DNA from: a bacterium
Lineage (GTDB): Bacteria; UBA10199; 2-02-FULL-44-16; DYJF01
NCBI GenBank assembly: GCA_041739675.1
Contig: JBGSNL010000059.1
Location: 1-36,856, forward strand
Reading direction: 5' to 3'
DNA: 36,856 bases
Below are positions 28,307-36,856 of the stretch, one piece after another. The notes under the pieces were generated by a model. It was not told the origin of the DNA. It did not search any database and saw only the letters and a list, made by a program, of their open reading frames with translations. Position 1 is the first letter of the stretch. Each line of letters begins with the position of its first letter. A program made the translations under genes and the position numbers.

Positions 28307-30139
28307 ATGTGCGGGATCATGGGCTATGTCGGCCGTCGTGAAGCCACACCTATACTGCTGGACGGTTTGAAACGTCTTGAGTATCGCGGATACGATTCCG
28401 CCGGTATCGCAATACACAATCACCGCGGGATACACATCAAGCGCTCGGAAGGAAAACTCGGCCGCCTCGAGGCGCTGGTAAAGAAAGATCCGCCCGAAGG
28501 CCGCGTGGGCATCGGCCACACGCGCTGGGCAACTCACGGGCGCCCGTCGGAAACGAACGCCCATCCCCATCGTTCGGGCGACATCGTCGTCGTCCACAAC
28601 GGCATCATCGAAAATCACGCCGAGCTCAGAAAATTTCTCACGAAGAAGGGCCACGAATTCAGCTCGGAGACCGACACCGAAGTCATCTGCCATCTCGTTC
28701 GCTATCACACCGATCGCGACGCACCGATGATGGAGGCGATCAAACTGGCGCTTTCGCAGATCCGCGGTTCTTATGCGCTCGTCATCATGAACGCGCGCGA
28801 GCCCGATAAACTCTACATTGCAAAGCACGGCAACCCGCTCGTTGCCGGTTTCGGCAACAAGGAAAATTTCGTGGCGTCGGACATACCGGCGCTTCTTCCG
28901 TACACGAAAAAAGTAGTCTTCATCGAAGATGGTGAGATAGGCGTCATCACGTCCGACAAGCTCGACATCTTCACGTCCGATGGGAGCAGGGTGCACCGCG
29001 AGCCGCAGCGGGTCCCGTGGAATCCGCTGATGGCCGAGAAGGGCGGTTTCAAACATTTCATGCTCAAGGAAATCCACGAGCAGCCGACCGCCATTGAAGA
29101 TACCTTCGCGGGCAGGATTCAGTCATCCAAGGGCAGCGTCGTGTTAGACGAAGTGGATCGTCTCTTCTCCGGGAAGAGCCTGCCGTTCGACGAGATAGCG
29201 ATCATCGCCTGCGGCACGTCGTGGCACGCGGCGCTTGTCGGGAAATATTATATAGAATCGATGGCGAGAATTCCCGTGAGCGTGGATCTTGCCTCGGAGT
29301 ATCGCTACAGACAGCCGATCGTCGGCAAGAAAACCCTTGTCATCCCGATTTCCCAGTCGGGCGAGACGGCGGACACTTTGGCCGCGATTCACATGGTTCG
29401 CGAGGCGGGCGCCAAGGTGCTCTCCATATGCAACGTCGTGGGGAGTTCCATTTCCCGCGCATCGAACGCTTCTCTTTATACGCATGCGGGTCCGGAGATA
29501 GGCGTGGCCTCAACGAAGGCGTTCACGGCCCAGCTTGCCGCACTTCTCATGTTTGCGCTCTATCTGGGAAAGCGCACGGGTAATATAGACAATTCCTTTT
29601 TGAGGGAGCGCATCGATGAGATGCTCATGTTGCCGCGGCAGATGAAAATGGTTCTCGAAAAGGAAAACTGCATAAAGAAAATTGCGGAGGGAACCCTTTC
29701 CGCCTCCCATGTTATCTACATCGCTCGCGGCGTGAATTTCCCGATCGCCCTTGAGGGGGCGCTCAAGCTCAAGGAGATATCCTACGTCCACGCCGAGGGT
29801 TTTGCGGCCGGAGAATTGAAGCACGGTCCCATTGCCCTGATAGACCGCGGAGTTCCTGTTGTGGCGATTGTCCCGCGCGATTCCACTTACGAAAAGGTGC
29901 TTTCAAATATCGAAGAGGTGCGCGCGCGCGGAGCCAACGTGATAGCAATAACGACCAACGGCGACAGACAGGTTGCCGAGAAGGCGTCGAACGTGATCAG
30001 CCTGCCCAAGGCGAGCTGGTTCACGACGCCGATTTTGGCGTCGCTCCCGCTTCAGCTTCTGGCTTACTATGTCGCCGATCACAAGGGCACCGATGTCGAT
30101 CAGCCGAGAAATCTCGCCAAGAGCGTGACTGTCGAATAA
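28307..30139 (+). CDS. glmS: Glutamine--fructose-6-phosphate aminotransferase
   Basis: MCGI, GHTRWATHG, SQSGETADT, ELKHGP, PRNLAKSVTVE. Confidence 0.98.
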   Translation: MCGIMGYVGRREATPILLDGLKRLEYRGYDSAGIAIHNHRGIHIKRSEGKLGRLEALVKKDPPEGRVGIGHTRWATHGRPSETNAHPHRSGDIVVVHNGIIENHAELRKFLTKKGHEFSSETDTEVICHLVRYHTDRDAPMMEAIKLALSQIRGSYALVIMNAREPDKLYIAKHGNPLVAGFGNKENFVASDIPALLPYTKKVVFIEDGEIGVITSDKLDIFTSDGSRVHREPQRVPWNPLMAEKGGFKHFMLKEIHEQPTAIEDTFAGRIQSSKGSVVLDEVDRLFSGKSLPFDEIAIIACGTSWHAALVGKYYIESMARIPVSVDLASEYRYRQPIVGKKTLVIPISQSGETADTLAAIHMVREAGAKVLSICNVVGSSISRASNASLYTHAGPEIGVASTKAFTAQLAALLMFALYLGKRTGNIDNSFLRERIDEMLMLPRQMKMVLEKENCIKKIAEGTLSASHVIYIARGVNFPIALEGALKLKEISYVHAEGFAAGELKHGPIALIDRGVPVVAIVPRDSTYEKVLSNIEEVRARGANVIAITTNGDRQVAEKASNVISLPKASWFTTPILASLPLQLLAYYVADHKGTDVDQPRNLAKSVTVE

Positions 30140-30141
30140 AA

Positions 30142-32316
30142 GTGAAATTGAATCCTCAACAACAAGAAGCCGTTGAGCACGGTGATGGCCCCCTTCTCGT
30201 TGTCGCCGGCGCGGGAAGCGGCAAGACGCGCGTTATCGTTCACAGAATTGCAAACCTCATTGAAAAACACAAAGTCCATCCCGCAAACCTTCTTGCCGTG
30301 ACGTTTACAAACAAGGCGGCTCAAGAGATGAAGACGCGCCTCGAAAGGATGCTTGGGAACGCCGCGCGCGATCTCTGGATCGCGACCTTCCATTCGACAT
30401 GTCTTCGTATTTTAAGGCGCCACTCCGAGCTTGTGGGATACGGGCCCCATTTCCAGATCTTTGACGAGGCGGACAGCATTCAGCTCATTAAGGAATGCCT
30501 GAGGGAACTCAATATCAGCGACCGCATGATCCAGCCGGGTTCCGCGTTGGACGCCATATCGCGCGCGAAGGACCGCTGTCTGGGGGCGGATGGATACCGT
30601 GCCGAGGCGGGTAATTTCTATCAGCAAAAGCTGGCCGATGTTTTTGAACTCTATCAAAGACGTCTGCTTGAAGTGCAGGCCGCGGATTTCGGCGATCTCA
30701 TCCGTCTCGCTGTCGGTCTTTTTGAAACCAACCCCGGGATACTTGAAAGGTATCAGACAAGGTTCGGCCACGTCATGGTGGATGAGTATCAGGACACGAA
30801 CCACGCGCAGTACAGATTGATCGAGATGCTTGTGCGAAAGCATCGCAATATTTGTGTCGTTGGCGACGAGGACCAGAGCATCTACAGGTGGCGCGGCGCC
30901 GACATCTCGAACATCCTGCGTTTCGAAAAAGATTTTCCCGGTGCCAAGGTCATCCGCCTTGAGCAGAACTACAGGTCCACAAAGACGATCATATCTGCGG
31001 CGACGGGGCTCATTTCAAATAATGCCGCGCGAAAACCGAAAACACTCTGGACGGAAAATCCGGATGGGAAAACGATCGATGTCGTTTCATCTGTGAGCGA
31101 GCGCGAAGAGGCCGAGAAAATCGCCGATAAAATTTCGGAGCTGAAGTCGAAGGGGCGTTCCTACGATGAGATGGCGATTTTCTATCGTACGAACGCCCAA
31201 TCGCGTCCCTTTGAAGACGTGTTCATGGAGTCGGGGATATTGCACAAGATCTACGGCGGGTTCAGATTCTACGAGAGAAAAGAGGTGAAGGACGCCATTG
31301 CCTACCTCCGACTCATAATTGAGCCGAAAGACGACGTTTCCTTTGCAAGGATCATAAATGTCCCGGCCCGCGGGATAGGCAAGGAATCTGTGGCACAGCT
31401 ACGCGAATTCGCATCTTCGAGAGGCCTGGCGTTGTTTGAAGCCGTGGCCGATTTTGTTTCGGAGCCTTCCGTCAGGCCTGCGGTGGCAAGAAGGCTTCGC
31501 ACGTTTCATGAGATAATCCAAACGTTGAAAGACGGTGCTTTGCAGCGTCCCCTCTCGGAGCTGATACAAGACGTTTTGGAAAAGAGCGGCTATATCGAAG
31601 ATCTCGCCTCAAAAAAAACGACGGAATCGCAGGAGCGGCTTGAGAACTTAAACGAGCTGATCGCTGCGGTAGATGAATTCGACCCCGATCCCGATGCGCC
31701 AGCGCTTTTACAATTTTTGGATCAGGTGGCCCTTGTGAGCGACATCGACAAGATGAAGGAGGGCGAGGACCATGTGACTCTCATGACCCTTCATCTTGCA
31801 AAGGGGCTGGAGTTTCCGATCGTCTTCATGGTCGGCATGGAGGAGGGGCTTTTCCCCCATGTGCGCTCCTTGGACGATCCCGACGAGCTGGAAGAGGAGA
31901 GGCGTCTTTGTTATGTCGGCATGACGCGTGCGAAGGAGATGCTCACGATGTCGCATGCCTTCAGGCGCCGCGTGTTTGGAACGACAAGATACGGGGTTGC
32001 CTCAAGATTTTTGGATGAGATACCGGATGAATTCAAAGGGAAAGCGATCAGTGATCAGAGATCAGTGATCAGTAAAAAGACGACAGCTGATCACTGGTCA
32101 CCGATCACTGATCACTGCACTGATTTCGACCAGCGTCCGCCGGAAGAGCGCATCGGTCTCTTTGCCATAGGAGCCAAGGTTCACCACCCAACGTTCGGCG
32201 GCGGGTTTGTTAAAAAGTGCGAGCCTTCGTCATCGGGCCACAAGGTTACCGTCCAGTTCAAAAGCGGATTCGTGAAGAGGCTCATCGCGGAGAAGGCGGG
32301 CCTCGTCCCCGTATAA
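30142..32316 (+). CDS. uvrD: UvrD/PcrA ATP-dependent DNA helicase with C-terminal Tudor domain
   Basis: AGAGSGKT, TFTNKAA, DEYQD, GDEDQSIY, QNYRS, HLAKGLEF, EERRLCYVGMTRA, HHPTFG. Confidence 0.96.
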   Translation: MKLNPQQQEAVEHGDGPLLVVAGAGSGKTRVIVHRIANLIEKHKVHPANLLAVTFTNKAAQEMKTRLERMLGNAARDLWIATFHSTCLRILRRHSELVGYGPHFQIFDEADSIQLIKECLRELNISDRMIQPGSALDAISRAKDRCLGADGYRAEAGNFYQQKLADVFELYQRRLLEVQAADFGDLIRLAVGLFETNPGILERYQTRFGHVMVDEYQDTNHAQYRLIEMLVRKHRNICVVGDEDQSIYRWRGADISNILRFEKDFPGAKVIRLEQNYRSTKTIISAATGLISNNAARKPKTLWTENPDGKTIDVVSSVSEREEAEKIADKISELKSKGRSYDEMAIFYRTNAQSRPFEDVFMESGILHKIYGGFRFYERKEVKDAIAYLRLIIEPKDDVSFARIINVPARGIGKESVAQLREFASSRGLALFEAVADFVSEPSVRPAVARRLRTFHEIIQTLKDGALQRPLSELIQDVLEKSGYIEDLASKKTTESQERLENLNELIAAVDEFDPDPDAPALLQFLDQVALVSDIDKMKEGEDHVTLMTLHLAKGLEFPIVFMVGMEEGLFPHVRSLDDPDELEEERRLCYVGMTRAKEMLTMSHAFRRRVFGTTRYGVASRFLDEIPDEFKGKAISDQRSVISKKTTADHWSPITDHCTDFDQRPPEERIGLFAIGAKVHHPTFGGGFVKKCEPSSSGHKVTVQFKSGFVKRLIAEKAGLVPV
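32044..32115. repeat. Inverted heptamer tandem repeat in frame in the uvrD linker
   Basis: 4x GNGATCA, 16-nt spacer, 4x TGATCAC-type units. Confidence 0.9.
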
Positions 32317-32347
32317 AAAAACGCCCGCCAATTCAGACGGGCGTTTT
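32315..32347. terminator. Bidirectional terminator between uvrD and the FG-GAP gene
   Basis: AAAACGCCCG/CGGGCGTTTT stem. Confidence 0.8.
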
Positions 32348-32367
32348 CATCATGCCAGTGTAGCCAA

Positions 32368-34050
32368 TCAGTATGAGATAATCATTTTTCCATCTTCATT
32401 TATGTCGGCGATGCCGCCCTTTATGAAATCCGTATATGTGTCACCGTTCAGATCCACGACACTCCCGATTACGCCGTCGGACAGCCTAAATGACGTGAGC
32501 GGGTTGCCAATTGTGATGCCGTCCGCTCCACCCAGCGTGAACACGCTGGTGTTGGAAAGATCGAATTCGATAAGCTTTGATACGCCGGAACTATTTATAT
32601 CGGCTGAAAGGATAAAAGCCAGATTCAGGTCTGTGCCTTCAAAGACGAGTTTTCGCGCGGGATCGACCACCTTGCCGCCGAAATAGACCGTCGTTCTCCA
32701 CTGCGTCGGCGTGCTCCAAATGGCTTCCAGCACGGGGAAGTCATCATAGCCGTCACCGTTCAGGTCTTGGGGCAACTGCATCAGGAACAAACCCATACCT
32801 GTCAGGCACAGTGTTCCTTCGTGCAGCACGTCTATTGTGGGCGATCCTCCTCCCGTTGTGATTGACGACCCTATCAATAGATCTGCGACGTGGCAACCGG
32901 GACCGTTGCCGTTACTGTTTTCGTTGAAAAAGAGATCATCAAAACCGTCAGCATCGTAATCACCCGTCACGGTTTGTTGTCCCAATTTGTAATCAACGCC
33001 GCTGTTGCCGGCAAATAGCGGGTTTGTGTATGAGAACTCGACCATCTGTCCCAGCCCCGCATTCCACTGGTAGCCCCGCACGAAGCCGCAATCCTGGTCG
33101 GCTATACAGGGAGTGATGGATCCGAATCCGCCCGGAACTCCCACCAATAGCGCGCTCATACCCATTGTTGCGTTTGTGAAAAAGGTCACCGCCTGGCCTA
33201 GGTTCCTGTCCACATTCAGATTTCCGACGATTGTCTGGTCGGCCGTTGTTACGGACACATCGTCGCCGTTTGCAAATTGGAGAGGACCGAACCAAATGTA
33301 CACGGCACCGACATCCACTTTTGAGTCGTATTTCGGATCGCCGACCACCAGGTCATCGTGTCCGTCGCCGTTTATATCGCCGCCATAAAGGCCAAGACCC
33401 AGTTGTTCATTCTCACTGTTACCACTTATCGTGGCTACTGAGAATCCATCCGACGGCAAGCCTCCGGTCCCAAACCAGATTCCGATTTGCCCGCCCACTA
33501 GTCTGGAGCCGCCGCAGACGAAATCGAGGATATCATCGCTGTTCAGATAGCCGCTCCGGCAGTTTACATTGAGGGTGTTTCCATAGGCGACCGATCTAAC
33601 CTCCCGCAAATCTGTATTTATGCTTGCTATGTTGGAGATGGGCTCGCTCGTAGCCGTGGCCTTGACCACGCTTGCCGAGGCTTCACTTTCATAAACGGCC
33701 GCAAGATAGTCCCAGTCGGGCCAGAGGTTATGAAGGATCACCTCTATGGCACCGGGGTTTATGGTGATGGTGCCGCACTCAAACGCCAGCGATAAATCGA
33801 ACGTTGCGGAGAGAGTGGCATCCATGCAAAAGATCGTGCCCGGTTTACCGATGAGATCGGATGAAATGTCGTCGGGAACAGTGAGCTGGGCCGTGGCTCT
33901 CGTCCCAGCGACTTTCACGAGGTCCGAGATGATTACGTCTCCGCCGCCACCCACCAAGCCGATCGCGCCGGAGCATTTGTCAACCGACGTCAAAAAAATG
34001 AGAAGAGGCAACAAGAGCAGCAGCTTGTAACCCGAATTTGTAATCTTCAT
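32368..34050 (-). CDS. Exported FG-GAP / integrin-alpha-like repeat protein
   Basis: Signal peptide, GDINGDGHDDLVVGDP...GAVYIWFG, GDYDADGFDD, DLNGDGYDD. AAGGAGGAG RBS. Confidence 0.82.
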   Translation of the reverse strand: MKITNSGYKLLLLLPLLIFLTSVDKCSGAIGLVGGGGDVIISDLVKVAGTRATAQLTVPDDISSDLIGKPGTIFCMDATLSATFDLSLAFECGTITINPGAIEVILHNLWPDWDYLAAVYESEASASVVKATATSEPISNIASINTDLREVRSVAYGNTLNVNCRSGYLNSDDILDFVCGGSRLVGGQIGIWFGTGGLPSDGFSVATISGNSENEQLGLGLYGGDINGDGHDDLVVGDPKYDSKVDVGAVYIWFGPLQFANGDDVSVTTADQTIVGNLNVDRNLGQAVTFFTNATMGMSALLVGVPGGFGSITPCIADQDCGFVRGYQWNAGLGQMVEFSYTNPLFAGNSGVDYKLGQQTVTGDYDADGFDDLFFNENSNGNGPGCHVADLLIGSSITTGGGSPTIDVLHEGTLCLTGMGLFLMQLPQDLNGDGYDDFPVLEAIWSTPTQWRTTVYFGGKVVDPARKLVFEGTDLNLAFILSADINSSGVSKLIEFDLSNTSVFTLGGADGITIGNPLTSFRLSDGVIGSVVDLNGDTYTDFIKGGIADINEDGKMIISY

Positions 34051-34063
34051 ATCTCCTCCTTAT

Positions 34064-34522
34064 TCACAGTTTCCATTCGGTGACGAATGGATAATCTTCA
34101 TTTTCGGAGAATGAATCCTCGGACGCGTCTTCAAACACGTTCTCCCCGTTTACCAAATGAGTGATCAATTTTTTGATCTCGGCTATGTTGCTGTAGGGCT
34201 TGTGAAGCAGGTGAAAGCTGCAACCTGTGAGATCGAAGCGTGAAAGATCGGTCGAGTAGCCGGTTGTGAGAACGATTTTGATACTAGGATCTTTCTTGCA
34301 CGCGTATTTTGCGATTTCATAACCGTTGACGTGCGGCATCACGACGTCGCTTATCAGAAGTGTGAATGAGCCCTTGTCCAGATGTTTCAGCGCTTCAAGG
34401 GGATCCGTAACGAGCGTCACATTGTTAATGCCCATCTCATCAAACAATCGCGTCCAGAAGGAGCCGAATGTCGGATCATCCTCGACGATTAATATGCGAG
34501 GGGGCTGGTTCGCAACTCTCAT
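34064..34522 (-). CDS. Single-domain response regulator with an acidic tail
   Basis: ILIVEDD, ISDVVMPHVNG (phospho-Asp), LTTGY, HKP. GGAGG RBS. Confidence 0.9.
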   Translation of the reverse strand: MRVANQPPRILIVEDDPTFGSFWTRLFDEMGINNVTLVTDPLEALKHLDKGSFTLLISDVVMPHVNGYEIAKYACKKDPSIKIVLTTGYSTDLSRFDLTGCSFHLLHKPYSNIAEIKKLITHLVNGENVFEDASEDSFSENEDYPFVTEWKL

Positions 34523-34547
34523 ACTAAGCCTCCTGTGCTTTGTGACT

Positions 34548-34599
34548 ACAATTTTTATGCCACGCGGAGGCTGAAAGGGAGATATTTAAGCTGTTGATT
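34548..34599 (-). promoter_or_regulatory. Putative sigma54 promoter plus upstream IHF site
   Basis: Minus strand TGGCATAAAAATTGT (-24 GG, -12 GT variant) and AATCAACAGCTTA (perfect IHF, 34587-34599). Confidence 0.5.
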
Positions 34600-34652
34600 A
34601 GATAAGGTAATTTTTGTCCGACAGGGTGAGAAGAATGGAAAGGGGGTGGTTT

Positions 34653-35030
34653 TTAACGTATTTTTGACGGATTCGATGTCAATAAATTGACTGCGTCCTT
34701 ATAAAAATTATCTTTGTTTTCAATGTAATAACCGCGGAAGCGGTCCTTGATGCGCTTGAGAACGTTGACCCTGCCGGCCTTTATGAATCTACCTATGCGC
34801 TTCTCATGATTTCCCATTATGACAAGTCCCTCGATGTCCGTGAGGCGCATGCATGCGACGACATTCTTCAAATATCTGGACTCGACCTTAAAGGGGAGAA
34901 AGACGAATGCCTTGGATTTGCGCTTTATGGCGGCGTCAAATTTTCCAAGCACGTTCGCGGGGACGGTTTTGTCGCTCAAGATTCCTATGATTCTGGGCGC
35001 TTCAAATTTATAGTGTATGATTTTTTTCAT
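34653..35030 (-). CDS. Small protein resembling the shikimate dehydrogenase N-terminal domain
   Basis: FVFLPFKVESRYLKNVVACMRLTDIEGLVIMGNHEK resembles the AroE substrate-binding domain. GAGGAG RBS before ATG 35030. Confidence 0.6.
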   Translation of the reverse strand: MKKIIHYKFEAPRIIGILSDKTVPANVLGKFDAAIKRKSKAFVFLPFKVESRYLKNVVACMRLTDIEGLVIMGNHEKRIGRFIKAGRVNVLKRIKDRFRGYYIENKDNFYKDAVNLLTSNPSKIR

Positions 35031-35955
35031 GCCATCTCCTCGCATGTTCCACATCTTTCACAATCTGTTCGTGCAATTTTTCGACCGACGGAAACGCGAT
35101 CTGGTCGCGCATCTTTTCAAGAAACTCAATTGAGATTGTCTCACCCCTCAGATCTCCTTCAAAACCGATAAGGTGAGTCTCTATCGACAGAGGTTCCCCC
35201 GGGAAGGTCGGATTATGTCCTATGCTCGTGATGGAAGGCCAGCGCTTTCTCCCGCCTTTGAGAGTATTGGTCGCGGAGAGGTAGACTCCGTTTCCGGGAA
35301 GCAACTCGTTTTTTGATTCGATATTCGCGGTATGCGCCCCGAGGTAACCGCCAAGCCCCTTTCCGGCCACGACTCTGCCTTCCACCGCAAAGGATCTCCC
35401 CAGCATCTTGCCGGCCTCTTCGACGCGCCCGGTGGCTACAAAATGGCGGATCTCCGTCGAGCTCAGGAGAAGATCGCCCACGAACTGTGCGCCGACGGCG
35501 ACGATTTCCACGCTGTGTTTTTTGCCCAGCGTCTCCAGCAATTCAATGGTCCCGCCCCTGTGGCGGCCGAACGTGAAATCATAACCCACCACGACCGCCG
35601 AGGCTCCCAGACGCGCCATTAAAATGCGTTCAAAAAACTGTTCAGCCGTCTGCTGTGCAAAATCGTGCGTGAAATTTTCGACGACGCAGAAATCGATTTT
35701 CATATCCTCAAGCAAAGCCATTCTCTGCTCAATTGTCTGAATGAGAGGAGGGCAGCTTTCAGGCGCAAGTACCCTGACAGGATGGGGGTTGAAGGTGTAG
35801 ACCACGGATGGGCCGCCCATTTTTTTTGCAAGCTCGATTGTCTTTGAAATGATGTGGACGTGGCCCAGATGGACGCCGTCGAAATTTCCGAGCGCGACGG
35901 CAGCGTTTCGAAAAGGCTTTGGAACGTTTGCTGAGCCGAAGAACTTTTCCATCAC
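35008..35955 (-). CDS. ribF: Bifunctional riboflavin kinase / FAD synthetase
   Basis: GNFDGVHLGH, TFNPHP, GYDFTFG, SSTEIR, TANI, IETH. Confidence 0.95.
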   Translation of the reverse strand: MMEKFFGSANVPKPFRNAAVALGNFDGVHLGHVHIISKTIELAKKMGGPSVVYTFNPHPVRVLAPESCPPLIQTIEQRMALLEDMKIDFCVVENFTHDFAQQTAEQFFERILMARLGASAVVVGYDFTFGRHRGGTIELLETLGKKHSVEIVAVGAQFVGDLLLSSTEIRHFVATGRVEEAGKMLGRSFAVEGRVVAGKGLGGYLGAHTANIESKNELLPGNGVYLSATNTLKGGRKRWPSITSIGHNPTFPGEPLSIETHLIGFEGDLRGETISIEFLEKMRDQIAFPSVEKLHEQIVKDVEHARRWHEKNHTL

Positions 35956-36854
35956 TCTTCAATTCCCGGGATTAACGGCAGCATCTCCACACCGGCCTTC
36001 TCCTTTTTCCCTGAAGTTCTCTGAATGGCGATCAGCGTGCGCCCCATGAGCAGATCGGCGTCGCGCGCCGCGATGACGATGAGGTTCTCTCCGGGTTTCA
36101 AGGGAAGTTCCACGTCTATCGGAACTTCGTTTGTCTGCTTGGGATTCGAAACGTAGGCTACTTTTTTGTCGCCGACAAAGACAAAGTAGTCGTGAATCGA
36201 CTCGTTGTCGCGGGCGGTTCCGGTCAGACGAACATTCTCATCCGCGGTGGATTTCGGAAAGGGCGCCAGCTCGATGACTGGAGGTTCGTATGTTTTGCCG
36301 GCGGGAGGGGTCATCTCACCCGTCTCAGCGTCGATCTTGATCTTCTGGTTCACGGAATCGATCCGCATCGAATCGAGGATTGTCATCTCGAATTTGGCCT
36401 GTTTGTCCTTGAACTCGGGCGTCACATGGAAGCGGAATGAAGAGCTCTTCGAGGCTTTTGGCGGCAATGAGCCCAGCGCGGCGCGGCCGACTTCTATGAA
36501 GACGTTCTCGCCGCTTTCGTTGGTGAGCTGTGAAACGGTGTCTTTTGCGCTCGTTCCCTTCCCTATGTTTGTCACGTCGAAAGTCAGGTGGAGAGGGGTT
36601 TGGGGTTTCAATGCGCCGCGTCCGGAAAGTCTGTATCCGAAAGCGAATCGCGGGGCATCTTTCGCCTTCACCGGAACGACTGCGTTGATCGCGACAGGAA
36701 TGCTCGAATTTTCGTCCTCGAATTTCACTTCCATGGACAGCTCTTCGGTCGGAAGAGCGTCGGGCATCTTGACGGGGGTCTGCCAGCTCTTTGTCTCGCC
36801 GGGCATGAGTTTGCCGTAGACGAACTCCTGGTTTACAAGGAATGGGGAGTCCGA
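35952..36854 (-). CDS. C-terminal Ig/CARDB-like region of a large protein, probably a MXAN_5808-like S41 peptidase (truncated at the right edge)
   Basis: The frame stays open to the window end (SDSPFLVNQEFVYGKLMPGETKSW...VTNIGKG...DYFVFVGDKKVAY...LKPGENLIVIAARD). Family assignment is from recalled similarity; the catalytic domain is not in the window. Confidence 0.6.
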   Translation of the reverse strand, partial: SDSPFLVNQEFVYGKLMPGETKSWQTPVKMPDALPTEELSMEVKFEDENSSIPVAINAVVPVKAKDAPRFAFGYRLSGRGALKPQTPLHLTFDVTNIGKGTSAKDTVSQLTNESGENVFIEVGRAALGSLPPKASKSSSFRFHVTPEFKDKQAKFEMTILDSMRIDSVNQKIKIDAETGEMTPPAGKTYEPPVIELAPFPKSTADENVRLTGTARDNESIHDYFVFVGDKKVAYVSNPKQTNEVPIDVELPLKPGENLIVIAARDADLLMGRTLIAIQRTSGKKEKAGVEMLPLIPGIEE

Positions 36855-36856
36855 TT

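Noticed and set aside
30100..30170. Tn7 insertion at the glmS att site
   Set aside because: uvrD starts 2 nt after the glmS stop; no Tn7 ends or tns genes
32044..32115. CRISPR array
   Set aside because: Units are 7 bp, contiguous, inverted and have no spacers

Overview
Mostly housekeeping window from a GC-moderate, delta-proteobacterial/Myxococcota-like bacterium (lineage is an inference from gene content such as a MXAN_5808-like peptidase tail and FG-GAP surface proteins). Left arm on the minus strand: rlpA, an FG-GAP lipoprotein, a pruA-putB-rocD proline/ornithine catabolic cluster and valS (truncated). Then an M24 peptidase, an unannotated 58-aa ORF, a PAP2 gene, tRNA-Gln(CTG), an acidic orphan, plsB and a flavodoxin. 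A long plus-strand run follows: mutL-miaA-eno-rimI-pyrK-pyrD, gntR-HNH-rluD-pgeF, and glmU-glmS-uvrD, interrupted by minus-strand tldD plus a membrane protein. The right end holds a second FG-GAP protein, a response regulator, an AroE-N-like gene, ribF and a truncated peptidase. No CRISPR, transposase, integrase or prophage is visible. The most notable hidden features are: (1) a 171-bp, exactly 57-codon branched palindrome that makes up essentially the whole MutL linker; (2) a 72-bp inverted heptamer-repeat hairpin forming the UvrD linker; (3) two DnaA-box clusters with IHF-type sites and phased A-tracts near a gene-orientation switch, with no dnaA nearby; (4) three copies of a GCAACTT-N13-NCCGAWAA alternative-sigma promoter motif, one apparently driving a ~48-nt RNA convergent with the small ORF; (5) several sigma70-type promoters lacking the -7T.
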